Source of the DNA: the human T2T-CHM13v2.0 reference genome, Homo sapiens
NCBI RefSeq assembly: GCF_009914755.1
Contig: NC_060934.1
Reading direction: 5' to 3' (one strand)
Length of the DNA: 64,000 bases
Under the pieces are notes generated by a model. It was not told the DNA's origin. It saw only the letters and a program-made list of their open reading frames with translations, and ran no database searches. Position numbers and translations under genes: made by a program. Of the stretch, positions 15,309-26,457 are shown piece after piece; the first letter of the stretch is position 1, and each line of letters begins with the position of its first letter.

Positions 15309-15321
15309 ATAAACAGGAAGT
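15309..15321 (+). promoter_or_regulatory. FOX::ETS composite motif ATAAACAGGAAGT
   Basis: Exact match to RTMAACAGGAAGT-type forkhead-ETS composite; motif only, no functional data. Confidence 0.4.
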
Positions 15322-15466
15322 AATCACCCTGGCCGCCCCCAGCATGTAGAAAGCTGTCATAAAGGAAAACAGAAGGCTGATTCCTTCAGCACAGCCCAGA
15401 ACCCCATACAGACCACCTACTAATGAGCTTTCTCCTCGTTGTTGATGGAGGACGCTTGTAATAAAG

Positions 15467-15472
15467 TTTAAT
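15467..15472 (-). terminator. Candidate distal poly(A) signal ATTAAA of VSTM4
   Basis: Plus-strand tttaat. Upstream UGUA (plus taca 15543-15546) and downstream GU-rich GGTGGTCTGTATGGGGTTCTGGGCTGTG on the minus strand. Confidence 0.6.
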
Positions 15473-15597
15473 GTGGAAGAACAAGGTGCATTTAACCAAA
15501 GCTGTAAACATCTCTAATTATATTTAAAACTGTAGAGTGCAGTACATTAACATTTAACAATCAGACACTAAATTGGAGTGACGCTAATAGCATTGTG

Positions 15598-15603
15598 TTT
15601 ATT
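15598..15603 (-). terminator. Candidate poly(A) signal AATAAA of VSTM4
   Basis: Plus-strand tttatt; U/GU-rich sequence downstream on the minus strand (GTGTCTGATTGTT). Confidence 0.5.
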
Positions 15604-16158
15604 AGAAATTGGGCACCAAGTCGTCTTTCACCAGTGACAACAGAAGGAACAGAAAACCTCCATGGCCACCCTTCCCCACCACGCTGCGTGTTCAGGAAGA
15701 GTCTTGTCCAAATCCCCACCCCCTGAGAAGATGAGGATTGCTCTGTGGAAAATACACTCAGCAGACCAGACACAGCTCAGCGCCCACGTCTGTTAGCCTT
15801 AGGCACTGGGGAATGTTTTTTTTCCCAGAGAAAGAAAGCACTTTTAAAAAGCAGTAATCAATTAATTCAGAATGAGCAAAGGCTTAACCTCTATTCTCCC
15901 TGCCCTCTGCAGAGTTCACACTGCAGAGCCCTTCTTCCTTTGAGACACCCCTAGGAGCAGCTTTCTCCTGGCTCTCCCCTGCTGCTGTGACTGTCACTGT
16001 CCTCTGATCTCCACCTGGATCTCCTTGCCTGCTGCATACCTGCCAGCATGGATGCTCCCCACTGCTCAGGCCCAGCCCTTCCCCTCCTCAATGTGCAGGC
16101 AGCCTCTCCCTGGGACTCTTGCCCGCTGTCAGGGCTTTGGCTGTGACCTATGCCCTGA

Positions 16159-16685
<527 letters not shown>

Positions 16686-19160
16686 GTCTACATGCCCATC
16701 TATCTGGACACCCCACAGCCACTCCAGCCCAGCATGGCCATGCTGAATGCAGACCCCTCCCCTAGACCACAAATTTCTGTTTGGTTTTCCTTCCTGATGA
16801 ACAGTTTCTATCCTATGTATGGAGATGGGAGTGTGGTCTGGAGTGGGGTCAATGTCCCCGCCATGTGGCTGCCTCACTTTTTAATGGGCTCCAAATGACA
16901 CAGAGCTGGGTCACCTGGGTCTCACTGCAGTTTCCTGGATCAGGGATACTGGAAAGATGTCATGTTCCACATGGACACCAGCCTAAGCTTTAGGCTGACA
17001 CAAAAAGACTCCCTCCAGCATGCAAGTGGCATGGCTCTTTTTTGTTACCACGCTGTTCCCTTCCACTTATTGGTGCCAGTGCCCCTCAGTCCTCCTCTGG
17101 TCCTGTTGGTGTCCCTCTCCAAATCTGAGGCCTCCCTTCCTTAGGGAGAGCATCAGTCCTGGAGCCCTCCATCGGGAGCTCTCCATTAAGAAGGGCATCT
17201 TCAGAACCCAGGGTGGGGCCCACTCGGGCAGCAGGACACACGGTGCAGCAGGAGCTCAGGGGCTGCAATGCAGCCACTGGGTGTGACCTAATTGGGCACC
17301 CTGGGTACTGATATCAGTATTTTGTTTGTTTGTTTGTTTGTTTTGCTTCCTGTTCTGGGAAGCAACTTTGATGCATACTGTATTCATATTCTTTATGCAA
17401 CCTGACTGGCTTGACCAAAACCAGGATTTAAACAGCAGAGTAATTAGAGAGTTTATGGAAGAGAAGAGTCTGGGGATGTTAGGGACTTGGGTAGAGTCCT
17501 GCCCTTCCAGGACATTCTCCTCCCTGCTGCTTGCTCAGTGTCTGTTGCCTTCCAAGGCTTCTCCACTAGGCAGGAGATGTGGCAACAGATAGATATGTGC
17601 CATTCCAGCTTCACTGCCCAAGGCAAAGATGATTTCTTTCTCCCCAGGATTTTGATATTCCAGGGGGCCATGTGCATGCTTAGGACCATTTCTGGCATGA
17701 GCTCCATTCTTGGCTCAGCCTAGGTTACAGTCATGCATATCAGAGGCTGTGATGAGCAGGGCCATGAATAATTCCCAAAGCGAGGGGGTCTTTGGGCTCA
17801 TTGCTGTGTGGGCCAGCCCACATTATCATACACTAAAAATATATTTTCTAAATGCCCCATGTTGTCTTCACTCTCACAAGAGTCAAGAGGTGGGAGGCCT
17901 GGCTTTTCCTTATTTTCCTTGTGAGCTAACAGAGTGGCGGTACATTCGTAAAAAGGTGACTCTAAGGAATCCCAGGCCTCTCCTCCACTACAGCTGCTTC
18001 AGGGCAGGCCTCGGGGCTTTGGCTTGGCAAGACAGTTTCACCCAGGTGGATGCCCCTTCATACCTCCCGGCTTCCTGTGCTGACTCCATGCCAACCATGC
18101 CAAGGCCAAAACTCACCACCAAATCTGAGAGCATCTGCTGTCTGCCTGAAAGAAGCCACTGCACTCTAACCAATGGGTTCATACTTGTTTTAGCTTCATT
18201 TAAACATTTAAGCAATGGTCTATTTTGAAAATTACTCATATGTAGTTTCTGCCATTGATGCCTTATAGTGAAAACAAATTGACAAACTTTCCCTAATTTC
18301 TATTTCAATGATATGTGATATGTTTCCCCTTATCTTTGGAAATGACAATGCATGATTAGTGGTCCATGGACAAAGAATGAATGAGTGGGCACATTTTTTT
18401 AAGCTTACTATGGCAATAATGTCAATATATCCTCTCAAACAAGCACCTGATACAAGTCATCCATTGCTTCCAGTTCTGAGCACAGCTTGGGCATTTGCTT
18501 CTGGAGATAACAGTGGGACCAGCTCTGCCTGGATGCTGTCCATAGCTTCCAAGATTCCCCTGGGCAGCATTTTCAGTAGGAGGAGATAATCTGCAGGTTC
18601 CCATTCACACACCTTAGTGTGGATTCATGCAGTGATGACCACAGTTTGGGAGAAAGAGGCTGGATTCAATCTATAATATAACAATGACTGGTTTGACTCT
18701 AACTGGGAGCTACTAGCTCTTAAGAGCATGTGTTCTTGGTAGAATGTGTTCCTGTCCATGCATAATAACCCTAAGCTCTCTTTGGATTTAAGTGGGTGGG
18801 TTTGGGGGTGAATGAAGTTCATTTCCGTTCTGTAGAGGCCTAAGGGGCCTGGGAAGATATTACCCCCTGGCCTGTTGCCCTCTTCCCACCATTTCCTTTT
18901 CATGTGCCCCCTCTCCTTCCCATTTGGCACCCCCAGAGCCCCACAAACCCATAAGGCTCTTTGGGCAAATTAGGAGATCATCCTCTGCCCTCAAAACACT
19001 ATACATCTGTCAGAACACTGCCATGATAAAATTAAAAATCCCTGTGATAATTATTATATAAATGGTGTGCTAACCATATATCCTCCCCTCCCAAAGAGAT
19101 GCTCAAAGAAGTTCTAGTGAGTTCTTCCAAATGGTTCTTTCTTCCTCAAAAGCTGCATGG

Positions 19161-19166
19161 TTTATT
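19161..19166 (-). terminator. Candidate proximal poly(A) signal AATAAA in the VSTM4 3' UTR
   Basis: Plus-strand tttatt; downstream element weak. Confidence 0.3.
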
Positions 19167-19464
19167 CAGTGCCTTCGAGATCTGGCAGAGAGGGAGGAAT
19201 GAGACACAGGTGTTATCCAGAGAGGGTGAACTTCCACTTTGTAAAGGCAGACCAGTTTGCTCCCAGAAAATCAATATCTGCTTCCAATTTGGACCCTTTC
19301 CAATAAACCATAAACTCTCATGAGTCTTTGGGAACATTACTGTAGGGCTAAGTTGGTGGACAAATATTTGGTTTTTAAAGTTATTGCAATGAAAGCCTTA
19401 AATAGTGAAGAAATTTTCATTTTGAAAATGCAGACTGGCTTTAGCATGAATGTCAACACAGAGC

Positions 19465-19625
19465 ATTTGTGTAGCAATTTACAGTTGCTAGAACTGGCAA
19501 GATTCATTATCCCATTTTACCCTCAAGAATTCTATGGGAAGTTAAGTCGTCTTTACACAAACATGGAGTCTGAGGTCATTAGGGGATAAGAAATTTAGCC
19601 AAGTTCACACAGCTATATAGAGGGC
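19465..19625 (-). mobile_element. MIR fragment in the 3' UTR
   Basis: ...tttacacaaacatggagtctgagg...tttagccaagttcacacagcta core. Confidence 0.5.
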
Positions 19626-20847
19626 ACAACTCATACCCCAGCTGTGTTTAAAATAGATAATTTATCATATATACATGGTCCACTACATAGTCAAACAATT
19701 TCTATAGTGGGCAGTAAATAGCCACCCAGACTATACTCACATCAAGAAATGTCCTCAATAACACAGTTGACAGGATGGTGCTTTCAGAATGGATCCCCTG
19801 CCAGTAAGTCCAAGATTCCTGTGTCCCAAAGGTCCACAGAGCAACTTCCCCATGCACCCTGACCCCCATTCAAACCCATTAGAATTCACACACAAGGTTG
19901 CAATGGGCAAGGCACTTGGCAAGAGGAGGGTCTTCAGAACACACTTTCCAGCTTGGAGTGTACTTCCCACTCTCCTACCCTGAGGGCACCTGGCAGCAGA
20001 CACCCTCAGGGGCTGAATCAGAGGTGACTGAGCTTGGCACACAGTGAAGAGGCCCATGCGCTCCAGTGTGTCTTCTGATGGCCAACACCTGTGCTCCTTT
20101 GGAAAAGGGTGAGTAAGCACTTCTTAGAGAGTGTGTTTCTCTATCAGTACAGGTCCACCTTGTGAAAGGGCTGGAAGCCCTCTAGAATGGTGTTCTTCTT
20201 GTCCTGCGGCCTCAGGGTCTCATAGGTGGGCACCATGGCATTCAGAGACAGACCTTATACTTCTCTAGTCAGTCTGCCCCTCTGGCCTTAATCTTCAGGG
20301 TTAGTGCATCTATTTAAAACAAGAGATGCCATCTCAGGTGGTGCTGGCAATCAGCAGTTGGCTGTGGCCCTGGCAATGCCATCTGATCCTTGGAAAACCA
20401 ACATATGTGCCATCTTACAGTTGGGTCCATAATGGCATTTCCTCTAGCTATATACTGTGAGCTTGTATCGTGGATACAGGAAGAGTAGAGAGTAAAATTA
20501 AGATTTAAAAACGATTTTAAAGAAAACCTGGGGAAAGAGGAGAAAAATGTGAAGGGGTTTGGCTCAGCAGAAAATCTCCTTGGCTGCTCTCAGGATCAGA
20601 ATCCTTACGCTCAGGGCTCAAACCCAGGCGCATCTTGTCCCGGGAGATCTGTCAAGAGCTGTGGCCCCGATTCTTTTGGGGAGAGCAGGCTTGTACCTCT
20701 TCAAAGGCACCCAGAATGCTGCTGAAAAGGGGCTCCCCACCACTCAGAAGGCATGAGTGAAAATACAGACATAAGGGCTTTGTCTCCAAGGCTTCATAAA
20801 TCACTGGGTGGCAGGTATTAAATAGAACCTTGGAGGTGGACGCTGTA

Positions 20848-20973
20848 CTACAGCTTGTTCTCCTCGAAGAGGATCTGGGCGTAGACAGTGCTGGTGGGGG
20901 CGCCTTTGGCAGCCCGGTGGGGTTTGATCAGCTCCAGCTCGGCATAGGTTAAGTTTTCCTCAGCAATCTTTGG
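20848..20973 (-). CDS. VSTM4: VSTM4 last coding exon (126 nt incl. TAG; PKIAEENLTYAELELIKPHRAAKGAPTSTVYAQILFEENKL*)
   Basis: Strong polypyrimidine acceptor ...gttttgttttgttttttcttttatag|CCAAAG, 41 open codons, TAG at 20850-20848. C-terminus recognised as VSTM4. Confidence 0.96.
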   Translation of the reverse strand, partial: PKIAEENLTYAELELIKPHRAAKGAPTSTVYAQILFEENKL

Positions 20974-21129
20974 CTATAAAAGAAAAAACAAAACAAAACA
21001 CAATTCTAGCTGACCACAGGAGTTCTACATCACACATTCATTCATCAAGTATGCATGTTCATAGCATTTTGGGATTCAGAGAGGGATAAGTGGACAAGAA
21101 ATTTAAGAGGCTACATAATATCCAATAAC

Positions 21130-23330
21130 ATAATTAATAAGATAGATCTCATTGTCTTCTATAGAGCACTACGTCCTGCAGTGAGATCCTGTGATTTGCT
21201 TTCAAGTTGACATGAAACACTCACAAAAAAATGACTAAACACAAGGCTAAAATGAAACTTTAATGCTGAAGAGTAAAAATAATGTAACTAATGGTCTCTG
21301 ATCAAAAGGGAAATATAAAAGTGGAGATGGAAACAAAAAAATTCTAAAAATTAATAACAACACTAGAACGCCACCACTTAGAAATTTTTGTAAATGACTT
21401 AGTATAAAACTATAATTTCAAAATATCTTGAAAATAATGCTAAGGAAAATATTCCTTGCCAAAACCTAAAGCCTATGTTTGAAGCAGTGCTGGGAGAAAA
21501 CCATGGCCTGAAATACTTATGCTAAATAGCATGAATTAAGTAAATCAGGCCTCCAACTCAAGCAGTTAGAAAAAGAGGAATAAAATAAAGAATAGCAGAA
21601 GGAAGAACTTCATAGAAATAAACCCAGACTGCATAAATCACCAGTAAAACAGATAAACTGAAAAATAAATTAATCAAGATAAAAAGGGAAAAAGCGTAAG
21701 TGAATAAAATAAAAAATAAGATAAGAGACATAAACAAAATGAAGGAAGTTTAAAAATGCTTAAACAAGACAGTTTGCTGAATATACTGAAAAAACTTTTA
21801 AATACAGGATAAAATGCATTATGTTCCAGAAAAATAGAAATTATAAACATTAACTCCAGGAAATCTGAATGTACCATCAAAAAGAAGGAAGGAAAGAAGG
21901 AGGGAAGAAGGAAGGAAGGAAAGAAGGAAGGAAGGAAGGAAGGAAGGAAGGAAGGAAGGAAGGGAGGGAGGGAGGGAGGCAGGGAGGGAGAGAGGGAGAG
22001 AGGGAGGAAGAGAGGATATCATTTATTAATACAAATTTTAAGTTAAATTTACTCAGAGAGAATGAAGTACATTAAAAAATAGACAATCATATTCAAGTTT
22101 ATTCTATTCCAGAAATGCAAAGATGGTTTGATATTAAAAAGTCTATTAATATAATTCATAATAGTAATAGATCAAAAGAGAAAAGTCATATGATTATAGA
22201 TGCTAGAAAGGTACTTAATACAATTAAAAACACATTTTTGTTTAAAACAATTTTTGAATGAAGTAGGTGTAGACATATATTTTCTTAATATGATTAAGGA
22301 ATATTATTAAAATAAAGAATAATTGCTTATTCAAATCTAGTGATATTAACAATTAAACCTAAAAGTTATTTTTCAATAAATGCTGTTGGAATACTTGGAC
22401 AGCCATTTGAGAAAAAAAAAATCACATCCTTATATCATTCTTCACCCCAGGTTAATTCCAAATGAATTAAAAATTTTAATGTGGAAAATAAACCTATAAA
22501 AGTACTACAAAATAGGTGGGGAGTTTTTTAAAAATAGCCTCCAAGTATGGAAATAATTTTAACATATGACACAAAACCCAGGAGCAAAGGAAAAAAAGAT
22601 GTGTGTACATTTTCATGCTACACATGGCAAAACAGTCTCTAAATAAAATTTAAAAAAACTGAAAAAATGAGGAAGATATTTATATCTCATATTAAAGGGC
22701 TTTGCAATTCAACAAAGATAATAATCAAGTTTCCACTAGCAAATCTGGCAAAGGACAACAGACAGGACCAGCAGTTCATGGGAAAGAAAAATGCAAGCAA
22801 CTCGGACACAGATGAAATGATACTCACCCTCTCATAATCAGAAAACCGACACTTAAAGTCACACTTAGACATCATTTATTTGTCTTTCAAGTTGCCAAAC
22901 ATTAAAAAAAAAAGGTTGACAAAACATAGAGGTCCTCTCCTATACTATGGGTGGGAGTCTTTCTTGGTACAAGCAAATAACTGTAAACACTTAAATAGGT
23001 ATCAGTAGGAGATGGGGGCATTCGTATAACGCAATATACGGTGCAGTCTTTAAGAATGAGGGAGGAGCTATATGTGTACTTTATATTTCACTATCATATC
23101 CTGTGTAAATATGCATGTATGCGTGTATGTAAGTAAATATGTGGGTACATATTTTACATACTTAGAAAATCCTGGGAACTCTCGGCACTCGTTCAGAAAA
23201 TGGAGAGCACATTAACCATGGCTCTTTCTAGGGAAGTAACCTGAACAGCTGCAGGGAGACTCAGCCTTCACTGTGTACATTTGTTGTTCCCTTTTGGATT
23301 TTGTAGTAGGCATTTTTTAATGCATTTATT
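21130..23330 (+). mobile_element. Highly degraded ancient L1 (L1M/L1ME) fragments
   Basis: A-rich, ORF2-like remnants (ccagaaatgcaaagatggtttgatatt; tagatgctagaaaggtacttaatacaatt; ttcaataaatgctgttgg). Confidence 0.6.
21879..22015 (+). repeat. Polypurine tract with (GGAA)9 and (GGGA)4
   Basis: Nine consecutive GGAA at 21926-21961; GGGAGGGAGGGAGGG at 21962-21976. Confidence 0.95.
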
Positions 23331-26064
23331 TTTTTTTTATTTAACAATGCATTAATTAATTTTAACCCATAATTAAAAAAATAAAAGTTGGTCATGAATT
23401 TATAGTCACACAGACATTTTCATTTAAGCACCTCTGCTCTTTATAAGGATGTCAGACTTAGGGTTTTTTGGTTTTGGCTTTGGTTTTGTTGTTGTTTGAT
23501 TGACTTTTTTAAAAAAGTTTGTATGCCTATTTCCTGGTTATCTGGTGGAAATTCCAAACAACTAAACCACCTTCATTCAATTTAAGTTTCTTAAAAAGAA
23601 TGCCAAAAGCAAAACACTTCTTTTCTTTTGAGATGATGCACCCCAAAAAGGCACGGGAAGTAATAGACAAGGAGAGTTACAAAGAGTTCTTCAAGCCAGC
23701 ACCTCTGCTGGGGGTGACTGCCAAGTGACCTAGACGAATTGTCTAGCAATTTTTCAATTTCAAAGTTAAGATCATTTATAGGGATGGGAGCCTTCTGCTT
23801 GCCTTTTGACACCAAAAGTCTTTACATTTCTTCTTAGTCATCCATATCTTACAAGCAACAAAAACCCTGTTTACATTCTCGCTTTTCAGTTTAATTACAT
23901 TTCCCATTATAATGATTCCATTTAGAAATGCCATGTGTCCTCAAATAAGCACACAAAACCCAACTCATGTAAATTTTAGCACCAAGATTTATGAAATCAT
24001 ATTGTCCAGGTGTGTTATTACATTACCTTGAAATTGCATTGTTTTCTAGTGTAGATTATCTGTTTATTCTTAAGTTATTCCATTACGTTTGGATATGAAA
24101 AATAACACTAGCTCTTTCAATACAGGTCACCAGGCTGGCTTGGCTGATGTGTTGTTTTCATACATTTTTATGATGTTCCTATAGTAAACATAATTTAATA
24201 AAGCCAAAGCACACTAAATAAATAATTGCATCTAGAAAAGCAATAAAAACAAATAAAAGTAGTACTTTCATAAGTGGAAAAGGTACTTCAATTACTGCTA
24301 CAAGCAACAACCCACCATAAAATGTGTAGAATCATTTCCCTTATGCATATTTCTGGAATATAATAATTTGATTGAAGATACGAGGCAGCTCACAGGAGGC
24401 TCAGAACTGTGAAGTGTATAGTTTCCAAGATAAGATGCATAATATCAGTCCTTGGCATCTTTAAAGAACCTATTGTTTTTCTGGCATGCACACTTGGCTA
24501 TCACAATCAGCCATGTGCCTAATTACATTTCCCAGCTTGTTTAACTGGAAATAAATTCCTAATGGCCAATGAAAGGGGCAAATGCATATTCCTCACTGGT
24601 TTTCACCAAACTACGTTTCTTTGCACTAATGTTTCAGTGGAAGGTTTAAGGTGCATTTGAGGAGAAGCTTAGAGAAAATTTTTGGCACATCACTAAGACT
24701 AGGTAAACTAAAAAACTGGTGGTAAAACCAAGAGCCAGGAGCTGAAAGCAGTGGTTAAAGCAGGTGGTTGCAATGGGGCACAGCCTGACGAGGAGCCTGT
24801 TGCAAAGCCTCACCTTTACTTCAGATGATACAAGTTTACTGCTATCTTCAGTAGACAAGCCCAAACTGGATTTAAGCTAGGGAATCACTCCCAGCATCTC
24901 TAAAAATGAATGAGGAAGCACTTCTGTTAATTTCCTGATAGACGCTGGCTTCAAAATGACTCTCTTCAAGCCCCCACCCTACTCTGGGGGATGCAGGAAG
25001 TATAGAAGGTTGCGGAGTGTTAGTACAAATTGTGGAACTCAGGATAGAAGCTTCAACAGTGTTGAACTGTCTATTCACAAACACTCTTAACGACTGTAAA
25101 TTCCATTGAAAGCCTCAAGGAAACTGCTTGAAGGAGGAGTTCCAGGCCTCAGACCCGGACCGAGTTTTACATTTATATCCAGATGTTGTAATCACTGGAA
25201 AACAGACAGCAAGAGTGAACCAACTGCTGCTGGGAAGTCCTGGCAGAATCCTTTAGAAAAAGCCCTAGAACTTTCTAAATATGTGAGAAGCAACTCGGCC
25301 ATTTCCTCTCTCCCAGGGCTGTTTGGTTTTACTTTATTTTCCGTTTCACCTAACCTGCTGTTACTCCTGGTCAGATTCTCTTTCTATTCCTCAAATAAAG
25401 GCCTGGCATTTGTTGTATTCAGCTGCTTGGTATTTTGTGTGTCTCAAACCCCTTGTTTCATGGACCCTTAGTCTCACTTTTCATATTAGAAAACTACCAG
25501 ACAGGGAGAAAACTACCAGCCAGTGAGAATCCACAAGTAATTCTGGAGGAGGATTCTATGAGCAAGGGGGGATGGAGGGTCAGATACACGCACGTATTGA
25601 TGCATCAAAGGAAGGCTGCAATAAAGGGAAATTCTTCTAACTCTCAGATCAATGAAAGTGTTCATGGAGAAGAGGTGAGGAGAGTGGCTGAGGCTATCGT
25701 CCTGGGGCTGACAGCAGATCATGGGTGCAGGAGGAATTTGGATCTTAGTTTAAAGGTCAGCTGTGTGACCTTGGGCCAGTTCCATCACTGGAGCTCAGAG
25801 ATAATACCTACTTTGTTGGATGATTATGAGGATTGAAATGAGGTCTATGTAATGTTTTGGCCCAGCAGCTGCCCCATAAAAGGTGCTGAACATGTGTGTG
25901 CTGAACAAATCAGTGTTTCAGTGGCATCACCTCCTCTCTAGGGTCAGCTAAAATAGCACGCATATGTGCACGTTCTGAATGCTTCATAAGTTAACAAGAA
26001 CTTTGTGAACTAAGTAGCCCTGGGTATCTTTTGACAGGTAAGGAATAGATTCTAGGAAATTAGT

Positions 26065-26457
26065 TGTTATGGACTGAATCTTGTTCCCCAAATTTCCTGT
26101 GTTGAAGCCCTAACTCCTAAGACCTCAGAATGTGACTCTATTTGCAGATGGGTTTTTTAAAGAGGTAATTAAGTTAAAATGAGGCCATTAGGGTGGGCTC
26201 TGATCCAATTTGACTGGTGTTCTTCTAAGAAGATGAGGACACACACACAGAGTCAAGACCACATGAAGACACAAGGAGAAGGTGGCATCTGCAAGCCAAG
26301 TTGAGAGAGAGAGGCCTTGGGAGAAACCAACCCTGCCAGCACCTTGAGCTCAGACTTCCGGCCTCCACAACTGTGAGAGAATAAAGTCTGTTGTTTTAAG
26401 CTGCCCTGACTATGTGACTGTGGTGTTTTGTTATGGCAGCCCTAGCAAATGAATACA
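26065..26457 (+). mobile_element. MaLR solo LTR, MLT1B-like
   Basis: tgttatggactgaat...ggcagccctagcaaatgaataca; internal AATAAA; 5-bp TSD ttagt/taagt (1 mismatch). Confidence 0.88.

Noticed and set aside
20851-20859. C-terminal -NKL as a peroxisomal PTS1 or PDZ ligand
   Set aside because: Weak variant; PTS1 import is implausible for a type I membrane protein, and the -2 residue (N) fits no main PDZ class.
21819-22075. Lys/Glu/Gly/Arg-rich and Pro/Ser/Leu/Phe-rich ORFs (also 45505..45936)
   Set aside because: Translations of polypurine microsatellites.
23892-24534. Exact 15-bp repeat TAATTACATTTCCCA at 23892 and 24520
   Set aside because: Only two copies in AT-rich DNA; the second sits in what looks like a degraded LTR-type motif (ACATTTCCCAG...GGCCAATGA); no array or TSD logic.
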